Source: Arcobacteraceae bacterium
Lineage (GTDB): Bacteria > Campylobacterota > Campylobacteria > Campylobacterales > Arcobacteraceae
Direction of reading: 5' to 3'
Assembly (NCBI GenBank): GCA_963662945.1
Contig: OY759974.1
Location: 1,376,001 to 1,440,000, forward strand
Length of the DNA stretch: 64,000 bases
In this document: positions 1 through 8,621 of the stretch, piece after piece
How positions within the stretch are numbered: the stretch's first letter is position 1
How the letters are laid out: every line of letters begins with the position of its first letter
The notes under the pieces: generated by a model
The model's input: only the letters and a program-made list of their open reading frames with translations
Databases searched by the model: none
Told to the model about the DNA's origin: nothing
Position numbers and translations under genes: made by a program

Positions 1-621
1 GGAAGTGGGAAAACACTTTTAGCTTTAAGCGGTGCTATAAAAAAGGTACGAAAAAAACAATACCAAAAAATCATATATATTAGAAACTCTATAGAATCTT
101 TGGATAAAGGGGAAGATGTAGGATATCTTCCAGGGTATGAAGAAAAGTTTGCAATTTATAATCATCCTTTAGTAGATAGTTTAAACTATATGGTAAGAAG
201 TGAACATAAGAAAAAATCAAATAATAAACAAAAAGCATTTGAAGAACTAGATGAACAAGAAGTGGTTCAAAGAGTACAACAAATGATGGATAACTATAGT
301 ATTCAAACTATGTGGGTAGGGGAGATGCGAGGTCGAACCCTTTCAAATGCTTTTATTATCATAGATGAAGCACAAAATATGTCAAATAAAACAATGCAGA
401 TGGTTTTAAGTAGAATTGATAGTAGTTGTAAAGTAGTGATACTTGGAAGTAACAATCAAATAGATAACTTCTATGTAAACAAATACACAAATGCCCTAAC
501 AACTCTTTTAAAATCAACAAAAAATAAAACAGATTTAGTACATAGTTTTGCTATTAATTTAGAAAAAGTACTTCGAGGTCCAATTACACAGTGGGCAGAG
601 GATATTTTTACTAAACGATAA
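1..621 (+). CDS. PhoH-family ATPase, C-terminal part (gene starts before the window)
   Basis: Frame 1 is open from base 1 and reads GSGKTLLAL (Walker A), then GYLPG, MRGRTL, IIIDEAQN (Walker B) and GSNNQID, which are PhoH motifs. Stop at 619-621. Confidence 0.9.
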   Translation, partial: GSGKTLLALSGAIKKVRKKQYQKIIYIRNSIESLDKGEDVGYLPGYEEKFAIYNHPLVDSLNYMVRSEHKKKSNNKQKAFEELDEQEVVQRVQQMMDNYSIQTMWVGEMRGRTLSNAFIIIDEAQNMSNKTMQMVLSRIDSSCKVVILGSNNQIDNFYVNKYTNALTTLLKSTKNKTDLVHSFAINLEKVLRGPITQWAEDIFTKR

Positions 622-625
622 TTTA

Positions 626-657
626 TTATTAAACCATTGTTGGTAATGGTTTAATAA
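626..657. terminator. Probable bidirectional intrinsic terminator between convergent genes
   Basis: Perfect 13-bp inverted repeat TTATTAAACCATT (626-638) / AATGGTTTAATAA (645-657) with a 6-nt loop and A/T-rich flanks. Confidence 0.65.
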
Positions 658-678
658 ATAAAAGATTATTAGGTTATA

Positions 679-2346
679 TTAAAATGTAAATCCTGCTTGA
701 AACATAAATCGTGTATTATAATCATTATTGCTCGTAACTCTAGCCGCTCCAACTTTATGTGCTAAATGAGTATTAAGAAAAAAGTCTTTATATGAAGCGT
801 AATAACTTAGCCCAATATCTTGAAGTGTTCTACTTTTTTCATTGGTAATATCTTTGCTCATTTTCACTTTTCCTATATCATAAAAAAGACCAATTTTTGA
901 ATTTATACCTATATAAGAAGGAAGGGTATATGTTGCTTCTGTAGTGTAAATATATCCATTTTCGGCACTCTCTTCTCCAGAAGGATAAAGTTTCACACCA
1001 TTTATTCCACCTAAACTCAAATCTTCACTACCATCTAGGTTTTTATCTCCAAGAGCATATTGTAATTGAAGTTTGTTTTTCCAATTGATTGTATCATTAA
1101 GCATGGTATTGTTTTCTAACTCTATATTTATTTTTGAAAAATTTCCATTTGTATTCGCTCCTGCTTCATCATCTGCTTTATCAATAGAATTTTTAAAATT
1201 TAATTTCCCAAAGCTTAGAGATGCATCTATTTTTGTTTGTGAATATTTATTAAAAAGAAGATGGTTTTTTAAATAATCTACGCCAATTTTAGATACAAGG
1301 GTGCTTTTTTCTAATTCTGAGGAGATAGCTTGAATCTCATCATCCATTTTGTTATATGATGTTCTTAAATATGTATTTAAATTTTCATCGTTTGAGCGAA
1401 TAACAGGATAAGTAAATAAAGCAACAAAACTATCAGCACTTCCTACAGCATCAAGATTTTCATATTTATTTCCTAACTCATAAGTAGTTTTAGAGTAACT
1501 TACTTCTCCCCTTAATCCATTTTCATATATTGGAAAGCCATAACCTACTCTTCCATTTAATAAACCCATATTTTCAGAACTCAAAGCAGACAAAGAGATT
1601 TTATCTCCTATTTTAAAAGGAGAGTTGATATCCACTCCTGCCATAACTCTATATTTACCTGTATAATCTGAACCATAATTATCCCCAATAAGATAGCCAT
1701 TGTATGGTTCAGTGGCTTGTGTCCCTATTATAAAATCACTAGAACCAACCTCTTTTCCAGCAGCAATTTTTGTACTACTTACTTTTACCCCAGGAGTATC
1801 ATTGATTAAGAGTAATGCTCTTTGTAAATCTTTTGTAGCTATTGCTTCTTTGTTTTTTGCAACATCAAGTTTGGATTGTAAGATAGAATCTTTGACTAAT
1901 GAACTGTTTTCTAGTTTAAACTCTCCATAGCTCCCTTCTATAATTGCTATTTTAAGCACGCCACCTTGTGCTTGTAAATCTTGAGCAGGGATATAAGCTC
2001 TTGCTACAAAATACCCCTCATCTCTATATGCTTTTGTAATAAGAGCTACTATCTCTTGAATCTCTTTAAAACTTAACTCTTTTGATTCATAAGGTTTTAA
2101 AATAGTCTGTAGTTTTTTAGTGCTTAGTTGAGTATTTCCACTTATTGAATAACTTTTAATAAATACTTTTTTGCCATCTTTAAAACTTTTTTTATACTCA
2201 TCACTCTCTTGTTGCAAAGGAGGGAGAACCTCTTGTTTCTTTTCTATTTTTGGAGGTTTTACCTCATTTAGAATATTACCGATATTTGGTGTTTGTACTG
2301 CATACAAACTTAATGTTGTTGCTAATAGTATTGATGTTTTTTTCAT
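679..2346 (-). CDS. TpsB (ShlB/FhaC/HecB family) two-partner secretion outer-membrane transporter
   Basis: Signal peptide, POTRA-like segments (ISGNT...YRDEGYFVARAYIPAQ), DNYGSDYTG, LGGINGVKLY (VRGY-like loop) and C-terminal Phe. Overlaps the stop of the upstream TpsA by 4 bp. Confidence 0.92.
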   Translation of the reverse strand: MKKTSILLATTLSLYAVQTPNIGNILNEVKPPKIEKKQEVLPPLQQESDEYKKSFKDGKKVFIKSYSISGNTQLSTKKLQTILKPYESKELSFKEIQEIVALITKAYRDEGYFVARAYIPAQDLQAQGGVLKIAIIEGSYGEFKLENSSLVKDSILQSKLDVAKNKEAIATKDLQRALLLINDTPGVKVSSTKIAAGKEVGSSDFIIGTQATEPYNGYLIGDNYGSDYTGKYRVMAGVDINSPFKIGDKISLSALSSENMGLLNGRVGYGFPIYENGLRGEVSYSKTTYELGNKYENLDAVGSADSFVALFTYPVIRSNDENLNTYLRTSYNKMDDEIQAISSELEKSTLVSKIGVDYLKNHLLFNKYSQTKIDASLSFGKLNFKNSIDKADDEAGANTNGNFSKINIELENNTMLNDTINWKNKLQLQYALGDKNLDGSEDLSLGGINGVKLYPSGEESAENGYIYTTEATYTLPSYIGINSKIGLFYDIGKVKMSKDITNEKSRTLQDIGLSYYASYKDFFLNTHLAHKVGAARVTSNNDYNTRFMFQAGFTF

Positions 2347-5300
2347 ATTGTATTTTCCTCTTCTTCGCTTTCTTGATTTAAACTAAATTTTTGTTTACTT
2401 CCAAAGGGAAGATTGATACCACCATTTAGTACTTTCATCACAATTCCTGGGATGAGTGCCAGTTCATTAGTATCCAGTTGTTGTAAGATTGTTTTTATAT
2501 CTATTCCACTTTTTAGTAAAGTATCTATATCTTTATTTGTTAATACAGTTTTATTAGCTATTGGAGTGATTACTTTACTTAAATCAGGTGTTGTAGTTGG
2601 CTCAATAGGGATATCTCCAATTTGAACACTATTATTCACTGAATATGCTAAAAGTGAAGGAAGTTCATAGTTACTAGCTAATCCACCGTTTGTTCCATCT
2701 TGTAGAGTTATCTCTTTTATAAAGTTTTCTGCTGTTGGGTCACTAGAGTTTGCTTTTGCTCCTGTATATTCTAATGTCTCAGCTCCTACAAGATTCCCAA
2801 AGCTTACAACGCCTGTTAGGTCAGCTGTTCCATCATAATCTTTTGAAGCTTCTAGGCTTAAGGCTCTTTTGTTGATAACTAAACTACCATCTACAAAAGT
2901 GATGTTGTAGTTTTCATCTGTACCACTTAAGACTGTATTGTAAGTTCCTGCATTAGTTCCAATTACGTTATCTCCTGTAACTCCATCAAGTACAGCAATA
3001 GTCTCTCCACTTGCTAAACCACTTGCAGTAAAGCCACTTGAAGTTTGTATAGTTCCATCATAAGTAGTAGTTTTAGAGTTTGCAGTTACTGTTATATCTT
3101 TTTTATTGGTAGTTAAAGTACCTGTATCATAGTTTATGATATACCCTTGTTGTGAAGAGTACAACCCATCTATACCTATAGTAGCAGTTCCTGCATTTTT
3201 TAAATCGCCACTTGAAGTATAAGTTAGAGTACCATTTACTAAAGAACTATTGTAAGTTGGAATTGAGTAAGTTACTCCTGTACTTCCTCCATTATATACA
3301 GTACCATCATAAGTTCTTGTAACATCATTTGCTTTTACAGTAAGTTCAGTCATAAAAGTTCTTAAAAGAGGTCTTGTATGCCCTTCATAGATGAACCAAT
3401 CATTGGTAAAATCAAAGCCTGTATAAGTTGCTTCATCAAAGGCATTGATTGTATTGGTTGAGCTATAGATCCCTGCAAAACTTCCTGTATATGAACCACT
3501 TCCTAAACCTCTTGTTACTCCTGTAGTGTCTCTATCATAATATGAGTTTGTGATATTCCCTGAATAATATCCAACTAAACCACCAACATCATTATTACCA
3601 GTTATTCTTCCTGTAGCATATGAGTTTTGAATGGTTCCAGTTTCACTAAATCCAACAAGACCACCTACCCAAAAATTCCCACTAACATCACCTGTAGAAT
3701 ATGAGTTATTTATTGATAAGTTTGATGAAGCACTCGTATAGCCATCTCCAACTAGTCCACCAACATCTTGATCTCCGCTTACATTTGTCCCTGAGTAACT
3801 ATGACTAATAGATACTGTAGTAGACTGTACTTTTCCAACTAGCCCACCAACATCTTGATCTCCATAAATATTTCCTGTTGTATAGGAGTTTGTGATATTA
3901 AGAGAACCAATTGCATTTCCTACTAATCCAGCAGTTCTACTCTTCCCTCTTATACTCACATTGCGAAGTCCTACGTTTGAGATAGTTGCATTGGCTACCG
4001 CGCCAAAAAGTCCTACATTATATTCACTTGATCTATTAATGTAAAGACCATCTATAGCATATCCTCTTCCATCAAAAGATCCTGAAAATGTTCCAATAGG
4101 ATCAAACCCTTTACCACTATTCCAAGTAGTAGTATCACTCGCATCGATGTTGCTTCCTAATTCATAAGTACCATTAAGTGCAGTATCGACTGATTGGAGT
4201 TGATGGATGTTATTTATGACAACTTTTCCATTTGCATTAAAAACAACTCCGTTGTTTGCGATAAAGTAAACTTCTCCATCACTATTATTTGTATTTTCTA
4301 TTTTTGCATTCATGATTACTTGATCATTTGCATTTAAAGTAAGTCTATTTGTACTTGACCAAGTGATATCGCTATTAACTGTAATATCTCCATCATCAGC
4401 TCCAGCTCCTACAGTTTCTACAGTCATATCTCCACTTGCTAGTTGAGATTGAATAGCACTTGCTAAACTTGCATCAATAGTTACATTTACTGGATCAATA
4501 AGCCATTCACCTGCTTCTATCTTTGCATCATTAAAACTAAAGTGTTTCCCTGAAGTCTCTACAAACCCACCTTTAGCTTTTATAGTTCCAGCTATATTTG
4601 CAGTTCCTCCATGGGCATATAGTTCCACATGTCCGTTTATTCCATCTAAAGAATTAGCTTCTATGATTCCTGTATTATTTACAACTGCTCTTAGAAGTTC
4701 ATCTACTGCGTGAGTAGTTAGATATACTTCTCCACCATCTGCAAGAATAGTTCCTGAGTTTTCAACTAGGGCATCTAATGTTCCTTTATCTACAGATAAA
4801 TCTATTAAAGAGTTACCATTTAGATTTATTGTATATTCATCTGCTCCTGTTAGTTGAACTCTTCCTTTTATAGCTTCTATAGTTCCACTATTTTTAGCTT
4901 CATTAGAAGCAAAGATTACATAAGCATTATTTTTAACTTTTATAGTACCTTGGTTGATAATAGATTCAGAAGAGTCTCCTGTAAAGGTATAGTTTCCTTT
5001 TTGAAAGTTGGTATCTGAGATATCTTTAGTTGTAGCTAAAAGTCCACTAGTATTGATACTTGCATTTTTACCAAACAGTACTCCATTTGAGTTTAATATC
5101 CAAACTTGACCATTGGCATTTAAAGCTCCATCTATAATACTTCTTTCATTTCCTATTACTCTGTTTAGAGTTATACTATTTACATTTGGTTGATTGAAGT
5201 TTACTGTTTCATGGGAAGCTATATTAAACTTATTCCAGTTTATACTAGCTTTGGAGGTGGATTGGTTTATATTGGTTGTATTTCCACTTTGTGAAATAGT

Positions 5301-5441
5301 AGCAGACCCTGAAGTTACCACTCCACCACTAGGAGCTGCAAAGCTTAGAGTTACACCTCCTAGAAGTGCAGATACTACTAAGCTTATCTTTCCACCTTTT
5401 AGGATTCTAAACCTTGAACTGTAATTGAAATTTGATTTCAT
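2343..5441 (-). CDS. TpsA filamentous-haemagglutinin-family exoprotein with GLUG repeats and MBG/YDG-like Ig domains
   Basis: Extended signal peptide (RFRILKGGKISL) and TPS domain (INWNKFNI...VNFNQP...LNRV...NSNGVLFG). GGLVG GLUG repeats, KTTTYDG/SKDYDG repeats. Lies next to TpsB. Confidence 0.9.
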   Translation of the reverse strand: MKSNFNYSSRFRILKGGKISLVVSALLGGVTLSFAAPSGGVVTSGSATISQSGNTTNINQSTSKASINWNKFNIASHETVNFNQPNVNSITLNRVIGNERSIIDGALNANGQVWILNSNGVLFGKNASINTSGLLATTKDISDTNFQKGNYTFTGDSSESIINQGTIKVKNNAYVIFASNEAKNSGTIEAIKGRVQLTGADEYTINLNGNSLIDLSVDKGTLDALVENSGTILADGGEVYLTTHAVDELLRAVVNNTGIIEANSLDGINGHVELYAHGGTANIAGTIKAKGGFVETSGKHFSFNDAKIEAGEWLIDPVNVTIDASLASAIQSQLASGDMTVETVGAGADDGDITVNSDITWSSTNRLTLNANDQVIMNAKIENTNNSDGEVYFIANNGVVFNANGKVVINNIHQLQSVDTALNGTYELGSNIDASDTTTWNSGKGFDPIGTFSGSFDGRGYAIDGLYINRSSEYNVGLFGAVANATISNVGLRNVSIRGKSRTAGLVGNAIGSLNITNSYTTGNIYGDQDVGGLVGKVQSTTVSISHSYSGTNVSGDQDVGGLVGDGYTSASSNLSINNSYSTGDVSGNFWVGGLVGFSETGTIQNSYATGRITGNNDVGGLVGYYSGNITNSYYDRDTTGVTRGLGSGSYTGSFAGIYSSTNTINAFDEATYTGFDFTNDWFIYEGHTRPLLRTFMTELTVKANDVTRTYDGTVYNGGSTGVTYSIPTYNSSLVNGTLTYTSSGDLKNAGTATIGIDGLYSSQQGYIINYDTGTLTTNKKDITVTANSKTTTYDGTIQTSSGFTASGLASGETIAVLDGVTGDNVIGTNAGTYNTVLSGTDENYNITFVDGSLVINKRALSLEASKDYDGTADLTGVVSFGNLVGAETLEYTGAKANSSDPTAENFIKEITLQDGTNGGLASNYELPSLLAYSVNNSVQIGDIPIEPTTTPDLSKVITPIANKTVLTNKDIDTLLKSGIDIKTILQQLDTNELALIPGIVMKVLNGGINLPFGSKQKFSLNQESEEEENTI
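3748..3863. repeat. Intragenic 29-bp direct repeat (two GDQDVGGLVG GLUG units, 87-nt period)
   Basis: CCAACTAG(T/C)CCACCAACATCTTGATCTCC at 3748-3776 and 3835-3863, one mismatch. Confidence 0.85.
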
Positions 5442-5482
5442 AACATAATCCTTGAATATATCTTTTTTTCTTATATTCGAGC

Positions 5483-5520
5483 ATTATATTTAGCTATCGT
5501 TACTTTCGTCGTTACTTTTT
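5483..5520 (-). promoter_or_regulatory. Putative tpsA promoter: -10 TATAAT plus tandem AAAGTAACG operator half-sites
   Basis: The minus strand reads AAAAAGTAACGACGAAAGTAACGATAGCTAAATATAAT. Half-sites at 5498-5503 and 5510-5515, -10 box at 5483-5488. Confidence 0.7.
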
Positions 5521-5557
5521 ATAATATTTTATGCTAATCCATAATAATAAAATATAA

Positions 5558-7216
5558 CTAAGGCAAAGTTACAGTAAACCCATTGGTAAAGCTTATACTG
5601 CCATTGATGATACTTGAATCTCCATCCCAAGTGCTCATTTGAGCAGCATTCAGATTGCTTGTATTACCTGAACCTTTTAAGTTTTCAATGGTTGTTCTAT
5701 AAACATAGAAAGTTCTAATGGGAAGGGCTGTTCCTGAAACATTGTAAGCATTCTTCTCAACAGTAAGATTATTATTCTGATGACCTAAAACACTCATAAA
5801 ATATGAGAAATTTCCATCACTGTGCATATTCATCGTATTGTTTCCAATATAAACATTTGTTGAATCAACGATGGTGGTCATGTACAAATTTGTACCATCT
5901 GATGCATTCAAAGAGAAGTGATTGTCTTTGATAGTGACATTATGAACATCATTCATAAAAAACATAGTCGTCCCTGATGCAGGGTCAGTATGATTGAGGT
6001 TGGCTGATATACCTATAAGACTGCTGTTATTTGCCATATTAAAGAAGGTATTAGCATTTCCGAAATACGAACCTTTTCCTGTTATGGATGCATTGGGAAC
6101 AAGCACAGAGACTTTTTTCCCTGCTGGAGTGGTGATACCTATACTTCCACCTCCAATAATAGTTTGTCCCTCTTTGAGTGATGTGTATGAATCAACACCA
6201 CTGAAATCCCCATTTAAAACAACCGTAGAGTTTTCTCCTGCACTTTCAATGGTTGATGCTAAATTTGCACCTGTCGTTGAATCACTTGTGATAAATCTAA
6301 TACGGTTTCCATTAGCATCAGTAGTAACTGCTTCTGGTTTTGCAAACTGTCCTGCTTGAGAGACAATATCCACATCACGAATAATAGGAGTGGTCATACG
6401 CTTTTCGATTGGAGTTAGTTCTTGGTGAGGAGTATTCTTCTTTTTTTTAGTTCCAAAAGGTATACGAATACGTAGTGATGCAAAACTTTGTTTCCCTCTT
6501 ATATCATCTTTTTGTATCTCTGCTCCTAATGTGAGCCTTGATCCTTCCCAAAGATAAGAGATATCATCAAAAGTTATATCAATACGACCTCTTGGCCCTT
6601 CTATAGACGGAACATCGTTTTCATAAAAACGATAACCACCCGCATAGACGCGGATTTGTTGTTCTTCATTTTCATCGAAAATAGGTAGCCTGTAGCCAAT
6701 TTCAGCATCATATCCTTTCATTGCACGTTCTTCACCTTGAGCATACATGATATCAGTACCTGTAAAACTTACACTACTAAGTGATTCTTCAAGGTGGCTT
6801 TTTTTACCTGTAGGAATATAAACATTTGCACGAAAGTCCCAATCAACTGAGAGGGCTTCAAGACCTGCCGTTATTTGAGAGAAATAGTTATTGTAAGGAG
6901 TTTTACGCCTATCATAATAGGTGTAACCACCAATAATCCAATCACTTGGCAAGATGTGTCGTACTCCTAAACCATAGTTTCCTTCACGACTATCTTGATT
7001 ATCTAGTCTATAACGAATATCTGTATAAAAAAGAGTATTTTTGTTTTGTAGAATAGGGATAAAAATATCTACTTCCCCTAAGTCTCTTTTAGAACCAACC
7101 TTACCTTCTATATCTAAGAATGGTTGCCATTTTTTTTCTTTGTCTTGTGCTATGGCGTTTGTTATTACTAACAATATCCATATTAAAGATATAAAGAAAA
7201 TATTTTTTTTACTCAT
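5558..7216 (-). CDS. Inverse autotransporter (type Ve-like) beta-barrel protein with a beta-helix-like passenger
   Basis: Signal peptide and invasin/IAT-type barrel motifs (EGNYGLGVRH, IGGYTYYD, QITAGLE, ANVYIP, GYDAEIG). Linker RMTTPIIRDVDIV, then Asn-rich right-handed-beta-helix-like repeats (TIKDNHF, YIGNNTM, TVEKNAY). Confidence 0.8.
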   Translation of the reverse strand: MSKKNIFFISLIWILLVITNAIAQDKEKKWQPFLDIEGKVGSKRDLGEVDIFIPILQNKNTLFYTDIRYRLDNQDSREGNYGLGVRHILPSDWIIGGYTYYDRRKTPYNNYFSQITAGLEALSVDWDFRANVYIPTGKKSHLEESLSSVSFTGTDIMYAQGEERAMKGYDAEIGYRLPIFDENEEQQIRVYAGGYRFYENDVPSIEGPRGRIDITFDDISYLWEGSRLTLGAEIQKDDIRGKQSFASLRIRIPFGTKKKKNTPHQELTPIEKRMTTPIIRDVDIVSQAGQFAKPEAVTTDANGNRIRFITSDSTTGANLASTIESAGENSTVVLNGDFSGVDSYTSLKEGQTIIGGGSIGITTPAGKKVSVLVPNASITGKGSYFGNANTFFNMANNSSLIGISANLNHTDPASGTTMFFMNDVHNVTIKDNHFSLNASDGTNLYMTTIVDSTNVYIGNNTMNMHSDGNFSYFMSVLGHQNNNLTVEKNAYNVSGTALPIRTFYVYRTTIENLKGSGNTSNLNAAQMSTWDGDSSIINGSISFTNGFTVTLP

Positions 7217-7287
7217 AATCTAACCTTTTTTATTATTAAACCAATTTCTACAAGTCATATATCAAAAATTACAAATGCAGTGACTTC

Positions 7288-8532
7288 TTATGACAATTTT
7301 AGATGTGCAATTGTCATAGTATAGACTTCACTTGTATTTTCCCCATCACTGACGGTATACATAACCTGAAAAGTTTCATAAGTAGGCAATCCTACGCTTG
7401 TAGGGTAAGCTACTGTTACATTGGTGCCTGACTGCGTCACAGTAATGGTGTAAGGAAGACCACCAACATGTCTTTTCCCCACAATATTTATTGTAAGTGC
7501 GTCGCCATCAGCATCATGGATGTGTGAACTTAAGTCTACAGTAACACTTTTGGTCCATCCTGCACTGACGGTGAAACTCTCTCCTGTAGGAGCAGAATTA
7601 CTTGGTTCTACATTTGGTTTTTGTCTGGGATTGAGACTTTTATTTAATCGTTGATTAAACTCATTGGAAGCCAACTCTTGTGCTTTAAAAGTGGCAGTAC
7701 TTACTTGGCTTTCAAAGAAGTCTCGGTTACTTAACGGATCATTTTCAATATCTTCATCATAAACAATTCCATAAGAGACAGAGTTTGAAGTATTTGCTTG
7801 AGCCATTAATATGGGTGACCAACTTTTTGAAGCAAAGGCATATTTTACTCCCAGTGTGATGCGATAATCGTTTTCATCGCTTTGCGTCGCATCGTTGTAT
7901 TGTACGAAGGTTCGTATATCTTCTATGGGATAATACGCTCCTTGCACAATCATACCTGAATAGTTGTTGTGATAAATATGTGAATTTTGGTATGTGAGCA
8001 TGGCTTCAAGAGTTCCCCAATCTTTGGTAAAATTGAGTTCATATTGACCCAAAGCTTCAATGTAAGCAGTGTTGGTATAACCATTGGCTTCATACGCATC
8101 ACGCAGTTTATTTCCCACATATCCAAGTTCTACGTTGTAGTTTTTATCATCTCCCCAACCAACAGAGGTTCCCAGTGTGTATTGCTTGATATCAATATTG
8201 TGTGTACCAAAGAGTATCTCTTTTTTTAAATACCCAAGTCCACCTTTAATATAAAAACTTTGTGGCAGAGCATATTTATAGACCCCATAGAGTTTTTGAT
8301 ACTGATCTCCATACTCTAAACCTGCTTGGCTTTGGTCATCTTTGTACTCAATTCCAAGTCCTGAGTAGGTTTCATCATTGCTTTTTTCACCCACACCAAA
8401 TACTTTTACCTCTGAGCCATTATCTTTAGAATTAAGAGAATAAAGATTATTTTCTAAAGTTTCTCCAAAGCTTATAGAAAAAGGGATAAAGAGGAAACTT
8501 AAAGAGACTAAGTAACGATTTGTTAATTTCAT
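7288..8532 (-). CDS. Secreted outer-membrane beta-barrel-like protein with a C-terminal Ig/cadherin-like domain
   Basis: Signal peptide, then alternating amphipathic strands ending in aromatics (GLGIEY, GGLGY, LGVKYAF). C-terminal NSAPT...DADGDALT...YTVSDG motif typical of bacterial Ig/cadherin-like repeats. Confidence 0.6.
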   Translation of the reverse strand: MKLTNRYLVSLSFLFIPFSISFGETLENNLYSLNSKDNGSEVKVFGVGEKSNDETYSGLGIEYKDDQSQAGLEYGDQYQKLYGVYKYALPQSFYIKGGLGYLKKEILFGTHNIDIKQYTLGTSVGWGDDKNYNVELGYVGNKLRDAYEANGYTNTAYIEALGQYELNFTKDWGTLEAMLTYQNSHIYHNNYSGMIVQGAYYPIEDIRTFVQYNDATQSDENDYRITLGVKYAFASKSWSPILMAQANTSNSVSYGIVYDEDIENDPLSNRDFFESQVSTATFKAQELASNEFNQRLNKSLNPRQKPNVEPSNSAPTGESFTVSAGWTKSVTVDLSSHIHDADGDALTINIVGKRHVGGLPYTITVTQSGTNVTVAYPTSVGLPTYETFQVMYTVSDGENTSEVYTMTIAHLKLS

Positions 8533-8583
8533 AATATATCCTTGAATAAGAAGAAGCTTACTTCTTCTTTCTTTTATTCAAGT

Positions 8584-8621
8584 ATTATATTAAGCTTGCG
8601 TTACTTTTATCGTTACTTTTT
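8584..8621 (-). promoter_or_regulatory. Putative promoter of the 8532 gene: -10 TATAAT plus tandem AAAGTAACG half-sites, overlapping the kinase 3' end
   Basis: The minus strand reads AAAAAGTAACGATAAAAGTAACGCAAGCTTAATATAAT, 33/38 identical to 5483-5520. Confidence 0.7.
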
